This document shows, piece by piece, positions 1-11,575 of a stretch of 64,000 nt of DNA (positions are counted from its first letter, which is position 1; each line of letters begins with the position of its first letter). Location of the stretch: positions 18,407,564 through 18,471,563 of the forward strand of contig NC_068999.1 of the NCBI RefSeq assembly GCF_001194135.2, in the 5' to 3' direction. The notes beneath the pieces were generated by a model. It made no database searches. It saw only the letters and a list, made by a program, of their open reading frames with translations, and was not told the origin of the DNA. A program made the position numbers and the translations under genes. The DNA comes from Octopus bimaculoides (taxonomy: Eukaryota).

Positions 1-1072
1 AGTAAAATATACTTTGGTGAGTCACATGTGTGTGCTATCAATGACGATTTTTTCTCTTGCTTTGACAAAGCTATTTTCAGCAATTCTTTTAGAAAACTCT
101 TATGGTATAGCATGTGGTAATCGCCCAGTTGTGAACCTTTTGTAACAGGTTTACCTAAGTACATAGAATATTTAATTAATTTTGATCAGACTCTCTTATG
201 AAGAAGCGACTTGATACATAGTTCAACATTATTTCCTTCACTAGGTTACAGCAAGCGCAATACGAAATAAGAAATGAGGCGCATGAAGAGTATGCATAAA
301 TTAGTATAATACCTTTTCAATTATTGCTTCACGTACTAAACTGAAAATCAAGTGTTGTATACACATATTTATGAGACTACTCTGCTTATTTTTATTGAGC
401 TTCTAATGAGATTTCGTAAGTACATTAAGATCCATTTAGGTATCAATGTGCATACATTCATAAACATATGACAGTGCGTTAGTGGGTGCATTTCAAGATA
501 TTTTCTGGGGCGATTGCTACAGACAAAAACGAAAATATTTGATATGACTTACTACACATATAATTTACGAAATTTTCATTCAATTTAATTATAGACTTTG
601 TTGCCAGTTTCACGGGCTTTACATATTTCGTTTACTTTTGGCTAAAATGAAGGAAGCTGAAGAGTATCTATTATACCTACTGAAATGTAGTAAAAAAGGG
701 CATGCTACGACCTCGTTTAATATAGTCCTCAACGCAGTTTCACTCGCATATATGATGATCAAATTATATATTTAGAAAATTAAATTTAGACGTTTAGAAT
801 AATCAAATTATATATGGAGGTGGCAAATATAATGTGAATGAAAGATTATAACGGCCAATTTTTCGATGGCTTTTCACTCGCCATTGACATTTGACACAGC
901 GCGATGACGTCATTGTATTTTGTTTCCACTGTTTAAATTTGAAATTTTTATCTATTTAAAAAAAAAAAAATTATGTGGCATTTCTGTGGCAGAAATCAAA
1001 CGACAGAACAGTAAACGGATATTATTTCTTTAGTAAATCACAAAGTACCATCTTGGTAATATAAACCACCTA

Positions 1073-2328
1073 TTAACAGATCATCCCATAACTTCTGTCC
1101 GATTTTGCCTTTCCTAAAATCGAATGAAATTTAATAGTATTTTAGAATGTCTAATGGAATTTCAGATTGTTTCATGCATTTGTGTACATTTAGACTAATT
1201 AAATATTATTTTACAGAATAATAAATTAACATTTCTTTGATTAAAACCCTTTCAAACATGGAAGTATCCGAAGCGTATTTGAGGCGCATAATGCTTTATG
1301 AGTACAAAAAAGGAAACTCTGAAGCCGAAGCGACTCGAAACATACACTCATGCTTGAATGTAAGAACTTGCAGCATATGGTTTGCAAAATTCAGAAGTGG
1401 AGATTTCAGTCTTGAAGATGAACATGGAACAGGTCGTCCAGTTGAGTTTGATGACAAGCTCCTTGAGGTATTACTTGAGGTATCCTGCATTACCAGTTGA
1501 CGAATTGGCAATAAAGATTAGTCCAAACCATACAACTGTTTATCGTCATGTTCAGCAAATTGCAAAATGGCTGCCTCATGAATTGTCCGAAAGCAACCGC
1601 TATTCCCGAGTTGACATCTACTCTTGTCTCTATTCTTGTGAACTCATTGCACTCTTTTTGGATAGACTTCTGACTGGTGACGAAAAGTGGACCTTCTATC
1701 GAAATGTTAGACACCGTAAGCAGTGCTTTGGTAAAAGGGGAAAAAGCTCAACCACAACCGAGGAGGGTGTTTCATGGGAAGAAAGGTTCTCCTTTCTATC
1801 TGGTGGGATTGCAAAGGAGTAATTCACTTTGAATTGTTACCATTTAATGCAGCAATGAATGCTCAAATCTACTGTCAGCAATTAGAGCGTTTAGACCAAG
1901 CTTTGAAGAAAAAAAGTCCCAGTTTAGTAAATCGAAAAGTAGTGATGTTTCATCAGGACAATGTGCGACCCCACGCTGCAAAGATCATATCACAGAAGAT
2001 CGAAGAGTTTTGTTGGGAAAAAAATTCTTCATGCATCGTTTTCTCCCGAACTTGCTCCGCCATACTACCATATGTTTCGTAGTTTACATAACAATATAGG
2101 GGACATAATTTTCGGAAGCTAGGAGGAGGTCGAAACTGACATTTTAGAGTCCTTCGCTTTGAAACCAAAGGAGTTTTATATTGATGGGATTGAAATGCTG
2201 GTAAATAGATGGAAAAAGTCATAGATAATCAGGGAAAGTATATTGATGGTTAAATTTCAATTAAAAATAACATTTGATCACTTGTTTCCTTTATTCAAAA
2301 TTCGGACAGAACTTATGGGATGGCCTAA
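1073..2328 (+). mobile_element. Full-length mariner (Tc1/mariner, DD34D-type) DNA transposon, inactive
   Basis: Left end TA|TTAACAGATCATCCCATAACTTCTGTCCGATTTT (1071-1106); right end reverse-complements to TA|TTAGGCCATCCCATAAGTTCTGTCCGAATTTT (to 2330). ~1.26 kb length, TA flanks and an internal transposase. Confidence 0.93.
1258..2253 (+). pseudogene. Mariner transposase pseudogene (frameshifted)
   Basis: Pieces in three frames: HTH region (YEYKKGNSEAEATRNI...WFAKFRSGDFSLED), WLPHEL, DRLLTGDEKW (1st D), KVLLSIWWDCKG, FHQDNVRPH (2nd D), and HRFSPELAPPYYHMFRSL, a decayed HPPYSPDLAPSDYHLF in which the 3rd D is lost. Confidence 0.92.
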
Positions 2329-2399
2329 TATTATCGTTTGCCGTGCTGTGCATTGCTGTACATTCTGAAGTTGGTGGGGCGGAAGTCAGGTTAACATTT

Positions 2400-2870
2400 G
2401 AGACATTTTTCTGTAATACATTCTTTACTTTTTTATGTCTTCAATGTTGAGTGATTCTTGCTGTACTCGCGCTGCTAATGCGAAACTGCGACTGTTTATT
2501 GAAATTCTTCTTTCCTGAGGTCCTTAAGTCTGTTGTTCGGGATATCCTTGAAACTATTCGTAGTATTTCTTTTGTGAAATAGATTATTCCCCTCCTCCTG
2601 CTTGCAATAGGGATAGAAGTAAAACAGTTCGTTGGACACATCATCTTGGGGGGGGGGCGTAACCCTCACCAAAGCTAGAAGCAATGACTGAACAATTAGT
2701 TGCGTAGCAAAAATACAAATAGTTAATATGAGTGAACATGTAAATGCGTGAACAAGTATAAGCTCATCCCTTACTTCGTGTGAGTTGTAGTGATGGAGCG
2801 AGTTGATTAAATTAAGTTTTTGCTGTGAAGGTATTGATCTATTATAGGTTGTGTCAGGTTATTAAGGAAT
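2400..2870 (-). mobile_element. Possible Penelope-like retroelement RT relic
   Basis: The related copy at 5406-5530 reads ELNQPAPSLQFT on the minus strand (cf. PLE LNxLHPSxxFT). A downstream minus frame here reads CPTNCFTSIPIASRRRGI (cf. HPxHCxxSIPYSxAxR). Weak and decayed. Confidence 0.35.
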
Positions 2871-3763
2871 GTGCAGGGTTTACAGCAAGAAATTGCAGAA
2901 AAAAGCCTTCTGGAAATATGAGATACTACACACACGCACACACGTACACACACGCGCGACTACACACTCACATATATGTGTGTAGTCATACAACCATGTG
3001 TTCCCTTGTCTAAACATGCATATTATCAGAAGAGATAGGAGGAGTAAACAAACACCTATTATTATGTATGCAATGGCGGTACATATTTTAGGAAACTCAT
3101 TTATCAGAAATATCTTACTAGGTATGGAATGAAACATTGTAGTGTCTACGTCTAGAAGATGGCTCTCTCTCTCTATATAGGTTTTCTGCGCAGTGATCTC
3201 TAGTTGATATGGTCATGCCTTCTTTCACCTGCGTATATATCGAGTGATATATTACCAAAGGAAAATCTGAAAGGGATGTTTTACAATGATATTTTTTTTC
3301 CAGCATACCCCATTAATGACCAAAAATAGCTACATGATCAAAGATTTGGCGTAAAACATCGTGGTGATATATTATATGTGAGGAATAAGATAAATTATAC
3401 ACGAGATATCATTTGTTTTGAAGCTCTCATGCAGGAGTAATTCGCTGTGTCATTGACTACATGTCTATACTGAATGAGAAATTCGATACGTGCATATTCT
3501 GGAGATCGTAATGTTCATAGTATACGATATAGAAGAAAGCCTGTCTATGCTGCCGGTGTCGTTAACATCTTTTATTTGTTATAGTCATTAGACTGCTACT
3601 ATAGTGGCGTTAAAGTTTGAAGTATTTGAGTCGAGCGAATTGATTCCGGTTTCTGTTTTTGTCAAAGCCTGGTGCATATACCATCCGTTAAATTTTTGCC
3701 GAACACCGGTTGTCAGGTAGCCGCAAGGAAGTGAAAGGCAAACAAAACCACACAAATACAAGC

Positions 3764-3802
<39 letters not shown>

Positions 3803-4829
3803 ACACACACACACACACACATNNNNNNNNNNNNNNNNNNNNNNNNNNNNNNNNNNNNNNNNNNNNNNNNNNNNNNNNNNNNNNNNNNNNNNNNNNNNNN
3901 NNNNNNNNNNNNNNNNNNNNNNNNNNNNNNNNNNNNNNNNNNNNNNNNNNNNNNNNNNNNNNNNNNNNNNNNNNNNNNNNNNNNNNNNNNNNNNNNNNNN
4001 NNNNNNNNNNNNNNNNNNNNNNNNNNNNNNNNNNNNNNNNNNNNNNNNNNNNNNNNNNNNNNNNNNNNNNNNNNNNNNNNNNNNNNNNNNNNNNNNNNNN
4101 NNNNNNNNNNNNNNNNNNNNNNNNNNNNNNNNNNNNNNNNNNNNNNNNNNNNNNNNNNNNNNNNNNNNNNNNNNNNNNATATATATATGTGTGTGTATTA
4201 TATATATAAAAAGGGGTTGGTATGATAGTGTATAGAGTAATATATTATTCAAAAGTATTCCAACTCTATGTTTTATTTATATTATTATAATATTAATGTA
4301 GGATATAAACTATATAGTATATATAGTAAAATGAAATGAAGTATTCATCGTCTTATTGAATAAATGAAATATTGGATATTAAATATTAACTATTAAAGAA
4401 CTAGTATACTTTCTTGCATTTTAGGAGTCTTCAAGGTCTCATGTTGTGACAGGAATGTTTAAACTGTCAATATATATATAATATTTGTTATCGTTGAACT
4501 ATAGCCACTTGCGAGTGCTGCCTTCGGAGTTTTTGTCATATAGAACAACCCCATTTATCTTTAGTAACTGTTTTACAATGTTCGCTGATTTACATTTTTG
4601 GTGAAACATTGCATACTGCTGTGCATAGTAAATTATTGCATACGCATTAGCCATTCGCTAAATCATCCATAATTTTATATAGTGAATGCGTATGTACTGA
4701 CGGAGAAGCAAATCCAGAAAAAGGCGAGTCGAGCAGTCCCTATTGATGAGGCTAAAGAATTAGCCGAAACTGACCGTTCAGTAAAGGGAATTCTCGACCG
4801 GTGTTTTGGAGTGATTACGGCCAGTATAC

Positions 4830-4882
<53 letters not shown>

Positions 4883-5405
4883 TGTGCTTTAACTACAGCA
4901 TTAGAACATTTTACCTCTTATTTCTAGCAAAGTAGGTGTTCTATCACCCTAGAATGACAGAGATAATACAGCTACATTTTCTTTTAAATCATATTTTATT
5001 CAGTCTATGTTCCCAATAAATTAAATGTTTATTTCCTCGTTACAAGAACAACTATATTATTATTTATAGCAGTCATTATATAATTTAAATCGAAGTGAAT
5101 ACGTTTATTTCGCAATGTTTTCCCGGCATCGGCACCTTAACGATCGGCACCTAGTATCCTATTCCAGAATATTCAAGATAGAATAATGGGTAGCTATGCG
5201 TGTCTAGCTACTCAGAATGTGAAAAGCGTTATGGCATATCGTGAGAACATCCAACGCAGTAGTAAATCCAAAACTATGGACTCGTACTTTCTTTTTAACG
5301 ACACTTGAAGCTTTAAATACAAATTTAACTTCGATAGCGACTAGATCACGGAACAGATGTGGTCGTAGAAATACCATAAGGACTTAGCTGCTATTTTAAC
5401 ATATC

Positions 5406-5530
5406 AGTGAACATGTATAAGCTCATCCCGTATTTCCTGTGAATTGTAGTGATGGAGCGGGTTGATTAAGTTCAGGTTTTGCTGTGAAGGTATTAATCTA
5501 TTATAAGTTCTGTCAGGTTATTAAGGAACG
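5406..5530 (-). repeat. Second copy of the 2731-2870 segment (dispersed direct repeat)
   Basis: GTATAAGCTCATCCC...GTCAGGTTATTAAGGAA aligns ungapped over ~115 nt with 2756-2870, with only scattered substitutions. Confidence 0.85.
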
Positions 5531-6400
5531 TTAATAAGATTCGATTGTTTTAAAACTGATTGATAATTACAACATTTAATTTCCGACCGGCGTCAATGTT
5601 AGCTTTACGATTTATTGATGAAATACTGATGGGGAGTGTGTTTCATGCCGTTGTGCTAAAGGCTTATTGACAATGTGTTGTGTCAAACGTTTCAAACAAT
5701 CACTTCATACTCGGATAAACCTCACTGAATATTAAGTGCGCAAATACCTTGAGGAAAACTATGAACATCAAACATCCCATTTCTCATTCGATGAAATTAA
5801 ATTTGCGGATCAGTCGTTGACCGATATTAATGATTTCAAAGAAGAGAAAATAAATTGTCTGATTACTACTATACATTGAACGCATCAATAATATTTACAT
5901 AGAACACAACTAATCAATAGAATCAGCTAATAACGTTATAATGTGTGCCAAACAGTGCCTTACAAATTTTGTTTGTAATATTCGCACTATTCAAGGTGAA
6001 GTGTGTGGAAGATTAAACAGCAGATTATATCTATACCCCTATGTATATATATATTTATATTTTATCTGCGTTGGATGTTCAACGCACACAATGAAGCATA
6101 CACACACAACAGTACACACTGAAACAAACACACATATACATTTACAAACATACGCACAGGTAATCACGTGTTTAAAATGGTGTATAGTAGACATATGCAT
6201 GAATGTATGTATGTACATATGATATATATCTCGAACCAAGCACCTAGAGCAAGAATCCAACACATTAAATGCTAATTTTCTTATACGTTATGTAAATTAT
6301 AGCATACTTTTCTATATATAAGCTTAACTACACAAACACGCACACACACAAACACACATACCCACAAACACTCATACACACATACAAATACTTATACTTC

Positions 6401-6624
6401 TACCAGTGGTGCTGCAAAGTTTCTGGTTTTCAGAGTGTCACAAAAACCCTTGTTGGATGTTCAAAGTTCTGAGTGAGTTCTTTTGCTAGAGCTTGGAAAA
6501 ACGGAAGGATCGCTGCAAAAATGGGTAAATCTGAGAGAGGAATAGGTCGAATACAGTCATAATTAAATGATCCTCTTATATTTTGTTTTTACTAAAGACA
6601 GGAACATTTCAGCACACTTTCGAA
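6401..6624 (+). mobile_element. Short mariner-derived non-autonomous element (MITE-like)
   Basis: Imperfect TIRs GGTGCTGCAAAGTTTCTGGTTTT versus (rc) GTGTGCTGAAATGTTCCTGTCTTT. Interior encodes KWVNLREE*VE, matching the mariner C-terminal KCVxLxGEYVE motif. Confidence 0.6.
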
Positions 6625-6750
6625 CACACACGCGCGAGCGCACTAACATACATACATACTTACATACATACACACACAGACATTTATAGACATACATATA
6701 TTCTGTTATAACGTAATGAATATAAAGGGATGTTAGATAAAAATCATAGC

Positions 6751-7480
6751 AAATGCGCTGATAATGACAGTGTAATCGTTTCTAAAATATCAACAGAAAT
6801 GTTCAGAGAACTATAAGAAGAAAGCCAAAAATGTGGACTCACAGTTGACAGTAGTAAAACGAAGATAATCTCCAAAAATCTAAGCAGAACTAGAAATGCA
6901 CTAATAGATTATGAAATAGTTGAAAATGTTAAAGAATACACTATCAGGGACTACTAATTTCTTTACAAGATAAAGAAATAAAAAAAAAAAACTCACCACA
7001 GGAATTGTAAATCACATACAACTGTGATAAGCACTTTTTTGGTAAGTAGAATCACATCATGATTAGTAACTTGTTTTTAGGTCTAAAGGTTAAGGTTCGC
7101 AGCCAATGTGTGATCCGTACTAGTTTCTATGCAACGGAAACATGGACTACCAACATTGAAAAGAGATTATGATTGACACAAAGAGCCATGTACTTAAGAA
7201 TGCAGAATATTAACAAAATGAATAAGTGGAGAAACAATAGGATTTGAGTAGCAATAGGTTTTAAAGGATATTATCTTAAAAAGAAAGAAAAAACATCATG
7301 AATTGGTTTTTCGAGAGACAAGCGTTTAAGAGAAAGGTTAATAGATGGAATAACAGATTCACAGGCTGGAGAGCGGGAACAGAATAATGAAGCGGGAGTG
7401 TGGGAAAACATTTAGAAATTTGAATAAAAATTTCTGAAATTCTTTGACATCTAGACGTGGATGAGGTGACCATTAAGCCG
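6751..7480 (+). mobile_element. RTE-clade LINE reverse transcriptase C-terminal relic
   Basis: CADNDSVIVSKISTEMFREL*EESQKCGLTVDSSKTKII (FADD...GL...KTK) and LKVKVRSQCVIRTSFYATETWTTNIEKRL*LTQRAM (RTE YGxETW...TQRAMER). Multiple stops and frameshifts. Confidence 0.75.
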
Positions 7481-7582
7481 TGGTTGATGGGGAGAACAGA
7501 TTGTGAACATATGCAGACTCAACAGCTGTGGACATTAACATATGCAAGGATGATGCATGTATGTATGTGTGGGTGTATAGCA

Positions 7583-7628
<46 letters not shown>

Positions 7629-8175
7629 TTGTGTATATACACATACATACACACATACATACATGCATCAACACATGTACAAATGTAAACTGCGCTGCAA
7701 TGCGTATTGGTGTGTGTGTGTGTGTGTGCGTATGTGTTTCAGTGTGAGTGTATAAATGCTAATGTCCAATGAATCAGGCCATCATCATTACGACCCTTTT
7801 CCGGATATCACACTATCAGAAATATAGAACAGGCAATTTAATTAATTAATACTCACAACTACCTTATTGTGACCTTTGCAATAGTCCAAAGAAATAATTA
7901 TTATTAAATAATGTTGTAGCGATTTAAATTACTATTTCGCGAAAGACAATGTGATGACACAGGAATTAGAATTTCCAATTACTCTCATAAATGCAGCTGT
8001 CGACACATGTTAATGGCAGAAAATTATATTTCTTCTCGCATTTTCCTGCTGCGGCGGAAGTAGTGATCAAGATTAATACGAACTTCATCATGATAATCTT
8101 CAATATAAGGATATATGAAATAATAATGATGGTAGTGTTCTAAGGTGAATAATACTAATGAGAAGAAGGATCAAA

Positions 8176-8232
<57 letters not shown>

Positions 8233-8237
8233 ATTAA

Positions 8238-8324
<87 letters not shown>

Positions 8325-8342
8325 CATTATTATTATTATTAA

Positions 8343-8381
<39 letters not shown>

Positions 8382-8459
8382 CATTATTACTATTATTATT
8401 ATCATTATTTCCATCATGATCATGATCGTGATCATAATCATTATCCTCCTCCTCATCAT

Positions 8460-8537
<78 letters not shown>

Positions 8538-9364
8538 TATTATGGTGTAGCAGATAGTAATAAAGATGAAAATGCTAGGATTGTCGACGATGATGATCAC
8601 TAAAAGATTATTATTATCGATATTTTGTTTTTATTAATGATGTTATTTTTTAAGTCATCATGGTTGTTATTGCTAATGCAAGTTATGAGTATTAATAGTA
8701 CTATTATCAGTTGTAGCAGTAGCAACAGTTGCAGCAGCTTTAGAAGTAGTAGTAGTAGTAATCCAGAGGAATATGTTGAATTGATGATGATGATGATGAT
8801 GATGATGACGACGACGACGACGACGACGACCATGACAACGACGACGAGGACGACAGCGACGATGATGATGATGATGATAATGATGATGACGATGATGACG
8901 ATGATGATGACCATGATGACGATGATGGTGTTGACAACGACGACGACGACGACGATGATGATGATGATGATGGCGACGACGACGGAGGTGGTTAGGTCGC
9001 TGGCGATGTCATTTCGTTGTTAGATATTTATGGTGATGAAAGTAATTTTTAACGAGAGAAATTTCTATATATATTATGAACATAGTTGCAATGCAACAGA
9101 TGTTTCTACATTGGCAGAATGGAGAATAAATTTAATTTCGATGATCGGAATGTTTCTCGCGGTTTCTATGAACTTTGTCACCTCAATCATCTTCTTCATC
9201 CTTTACGTTGTCGTCTTCATCTTCCTCCTTCTCTCCCTCCGCCTCTTCCCCTTCTTCCTTCACCTCTTCGTCCTCCTCCTCCCCTTCTTCCTTCACCTCC
9301 TCCTCAACATCAGCATCGCCACTATCATGACCACGATCATCACATTCATCATCATCATGAGCCA

Positions 9365-9401
<37 letters not shown>

Positions 9402-9475
9402 GGCGGCAACGGCAGCAACGGAGGCAGCGGTGGCAGCGGCGGCAGAAGTGGTAGCGGCGGTAGCGGGGGCAGCGG

Positions 9476-9506
<31 letters not shown>

Positions 9507-9600
9507 AGCAGCGGTAACGGCGGCAGCGGCGGTAGCGGCGGCAGCGGCAGCAATAGCCGCAGCAGCAGTAGTCGCAGCAGCAATAGCACCAACATAAATA
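8176..9600. repeat. Compound trinucleotide repeat tract
   Basis: Successive (ATT)n 8176-8400, (CAT)n ~8455-8535, (GAT/GAC)n ~8783-8985, (CTT/CCT)n ~9190-9305, (CAG)n ~9368-9395 and (GGCAGCGGC)n ~9398-9550. Confidence 0.95.
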
Positions 9601-10757
9601 TCAAGGACATTAAAAGTACCATCATTATCTTCCTCGATGTTTACATCGTCTCCACGCTCACGATCATCGTATTCGTCAGCTTACCAAAACTACTGCAATA
9701 AATGCCAACGTCTTGTATTGGTAACTAAAAATTTAACCAAGGACAGAAATGCGAGATTTGTTCTAATGATGACAGTGTTGATGGGGAAACCATCAATGCC
9801 AGCGATAACGACGTGCTGAAAATTATTTTTACAGTAATGATCAGCATGATGATATTTGTATTGAAGATCCACAAATACAAGTTTTTTCCATAATCTGATT
9901 AATTTATTAAAGATTAAAGATATGCAAAACACGCCAACGTTTTCAGATAAAGGTATTCTGATATTCATTATGTCAGCAAAATGAAAGCGAAAGCTTTATG
10001 AATTCATGGAAAGGGATGAGCGATTATCAGAATAATTACAAAAAGATCAACTGTTTTATGATACAATTTCGTTCAGCTCGAATATATTTGTATATTTCTC
10101 TATCCCGAATTCTCATTGTTCTTTCTTCTAAATGAATTCAATTGGAGGAAATGCTTTCAGAAATATATTACTTAGGTGATCGATCTATTTAAAAATGGAT
10201 CTGATCGTATTTATGAATCAGAGCTTCCATAAACTATTGTATAATTGTGTTATTTGTGGTTGACTCAAGATTTACTTTCTCAGAGTGTGGAAAAAAACAT
10301 ATAAGTCTACATATAAATGAACTATAAATTAATCATTATGGCCAATGAAATAAGTCCATCTGATTGTAATATATGTACATATATATGGAAAAAAAACAGG
10401 GTAAGAAGGAGATTCATCAAGAGCAAGCATATATTATAAATATATTTTCCTAGATGTGTATACATTAGTTTATACACATACATTAATAAACACACACTCA
10501 CAGACTTGCGTATGGATGTATCTCTTCCCCTTTCTTTCTCTTTCTCTCTCTCTCCATATATATATANNNNNNNNNNNNNNNNNNNNNNNNNNNNNNNNNN
10601 NNNNNNNNNNNNNNNNNNNNNNNNNNNNNNNNNNNNNNNNNNNNNNNNNNNNNNNNNNNNNNNNNNNNNNNNNNNNNNNNNNNNNNNNNNNNNNNNNNNN
10701 NNNNNNNNNNNNNNNNNNNNNNNNNNNNNNNNNNNNNNNNNNNNNNNNNNNNNNNNN

Positions 10758-10789
<32 letters not shown>

Positions 10790-11250
10790 GTTAGCATGAA
10801 GTTGTAACGCACCTCGCTTGTAGTGGGAAGTGTTTCTCCCCTCTCACTTGAAATAGAACATGTGCTTTCTGTTCCTAAAGAGTGAATGACTCTTCGCAAT
10901 GCTTCAAGATAACTCACCAATGAGTGTCATGTTCTTGTCTTTAAAAACTTCTTCTATGTCCCTTATGTTGTAAGACTACATTTCGTGTTTTACATTGAAT
11001 GCAAGTATTAATCTTACATACAATGCATTTGTAATTGGTGCATTTGGTATTCTCAATACAGAGAGTTTGTGATAAAGCAAACGGTGAAAACATGGTACAA
11101 GTCCGACAAATATCAAGGAAAATCAGCCCAAAGATTTAGGATAGCTCCGAATGACGCCAAAACATTAAGCCACAGAGCTCCATCAGGTCACATTTTTGTT
11201 GGAGGTACCACTTTGAGAATAACACATGTACCAATGAGAACGGCATCCTT

Positions 11251-11575
11251 GGGTCGACTTGACATCCTTTTATTATCCAAGCATCTGAAGTACCTAACAC
11301 AGAGACACGGTATATAAGATTAACACTGGCATTAACTGTGGAAATATAAATGTAGCCTACAGCAGAAGGTGCATAGATGGAGCTTGTAAAGACGATAACA
11401 TGATATTTATTGTTGAGATATCTACAAGCATTACGGAGAGATTAAACTTATTTTTGACAATATGACGACCGAAAATAGTCCTCCATTCTCTACCAAAATG
11501 CCAAAGACTAAAATGGAGGCACACTGGGTCATCTTGATATCCTTATTTTATCCAAGCACCCGAAGGACCCAACAC
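11251..11575 (+). repeat. Diverged ~50-bp direct repeat pair (11251-11300 and 11526-11575)
   Basis: GGGTCGACTTGACATCCTTTTATTATCCAAGCATCTGAAGTACCTAACAC versus GGGTCATCTTGATATCCTTATTTTATCCAAGCACCCGAAGGACCCAACAC. Confidence 0.7.

Noticed and set aside
905-912. Perfect CRE site TGACGTCA
   Set aside because: About one 8-mer is expected by chance in 64 kb, and there is no promoter context.
4682-4830. Protein-like frame NAYVLTEKQIQKKASRAVPIDEAKELAETDRSVKGILDRCF
   Set aside because: No recognisable homology, no convincing donor, and it runs into (TA)n.
8100-9023. Long poly-Ile/Met/Ser/Thr ORFs
   Set aside because: Translations of (ATT)n/(CAT)n/(GAT)n repeats; no non-repetitive coding context.
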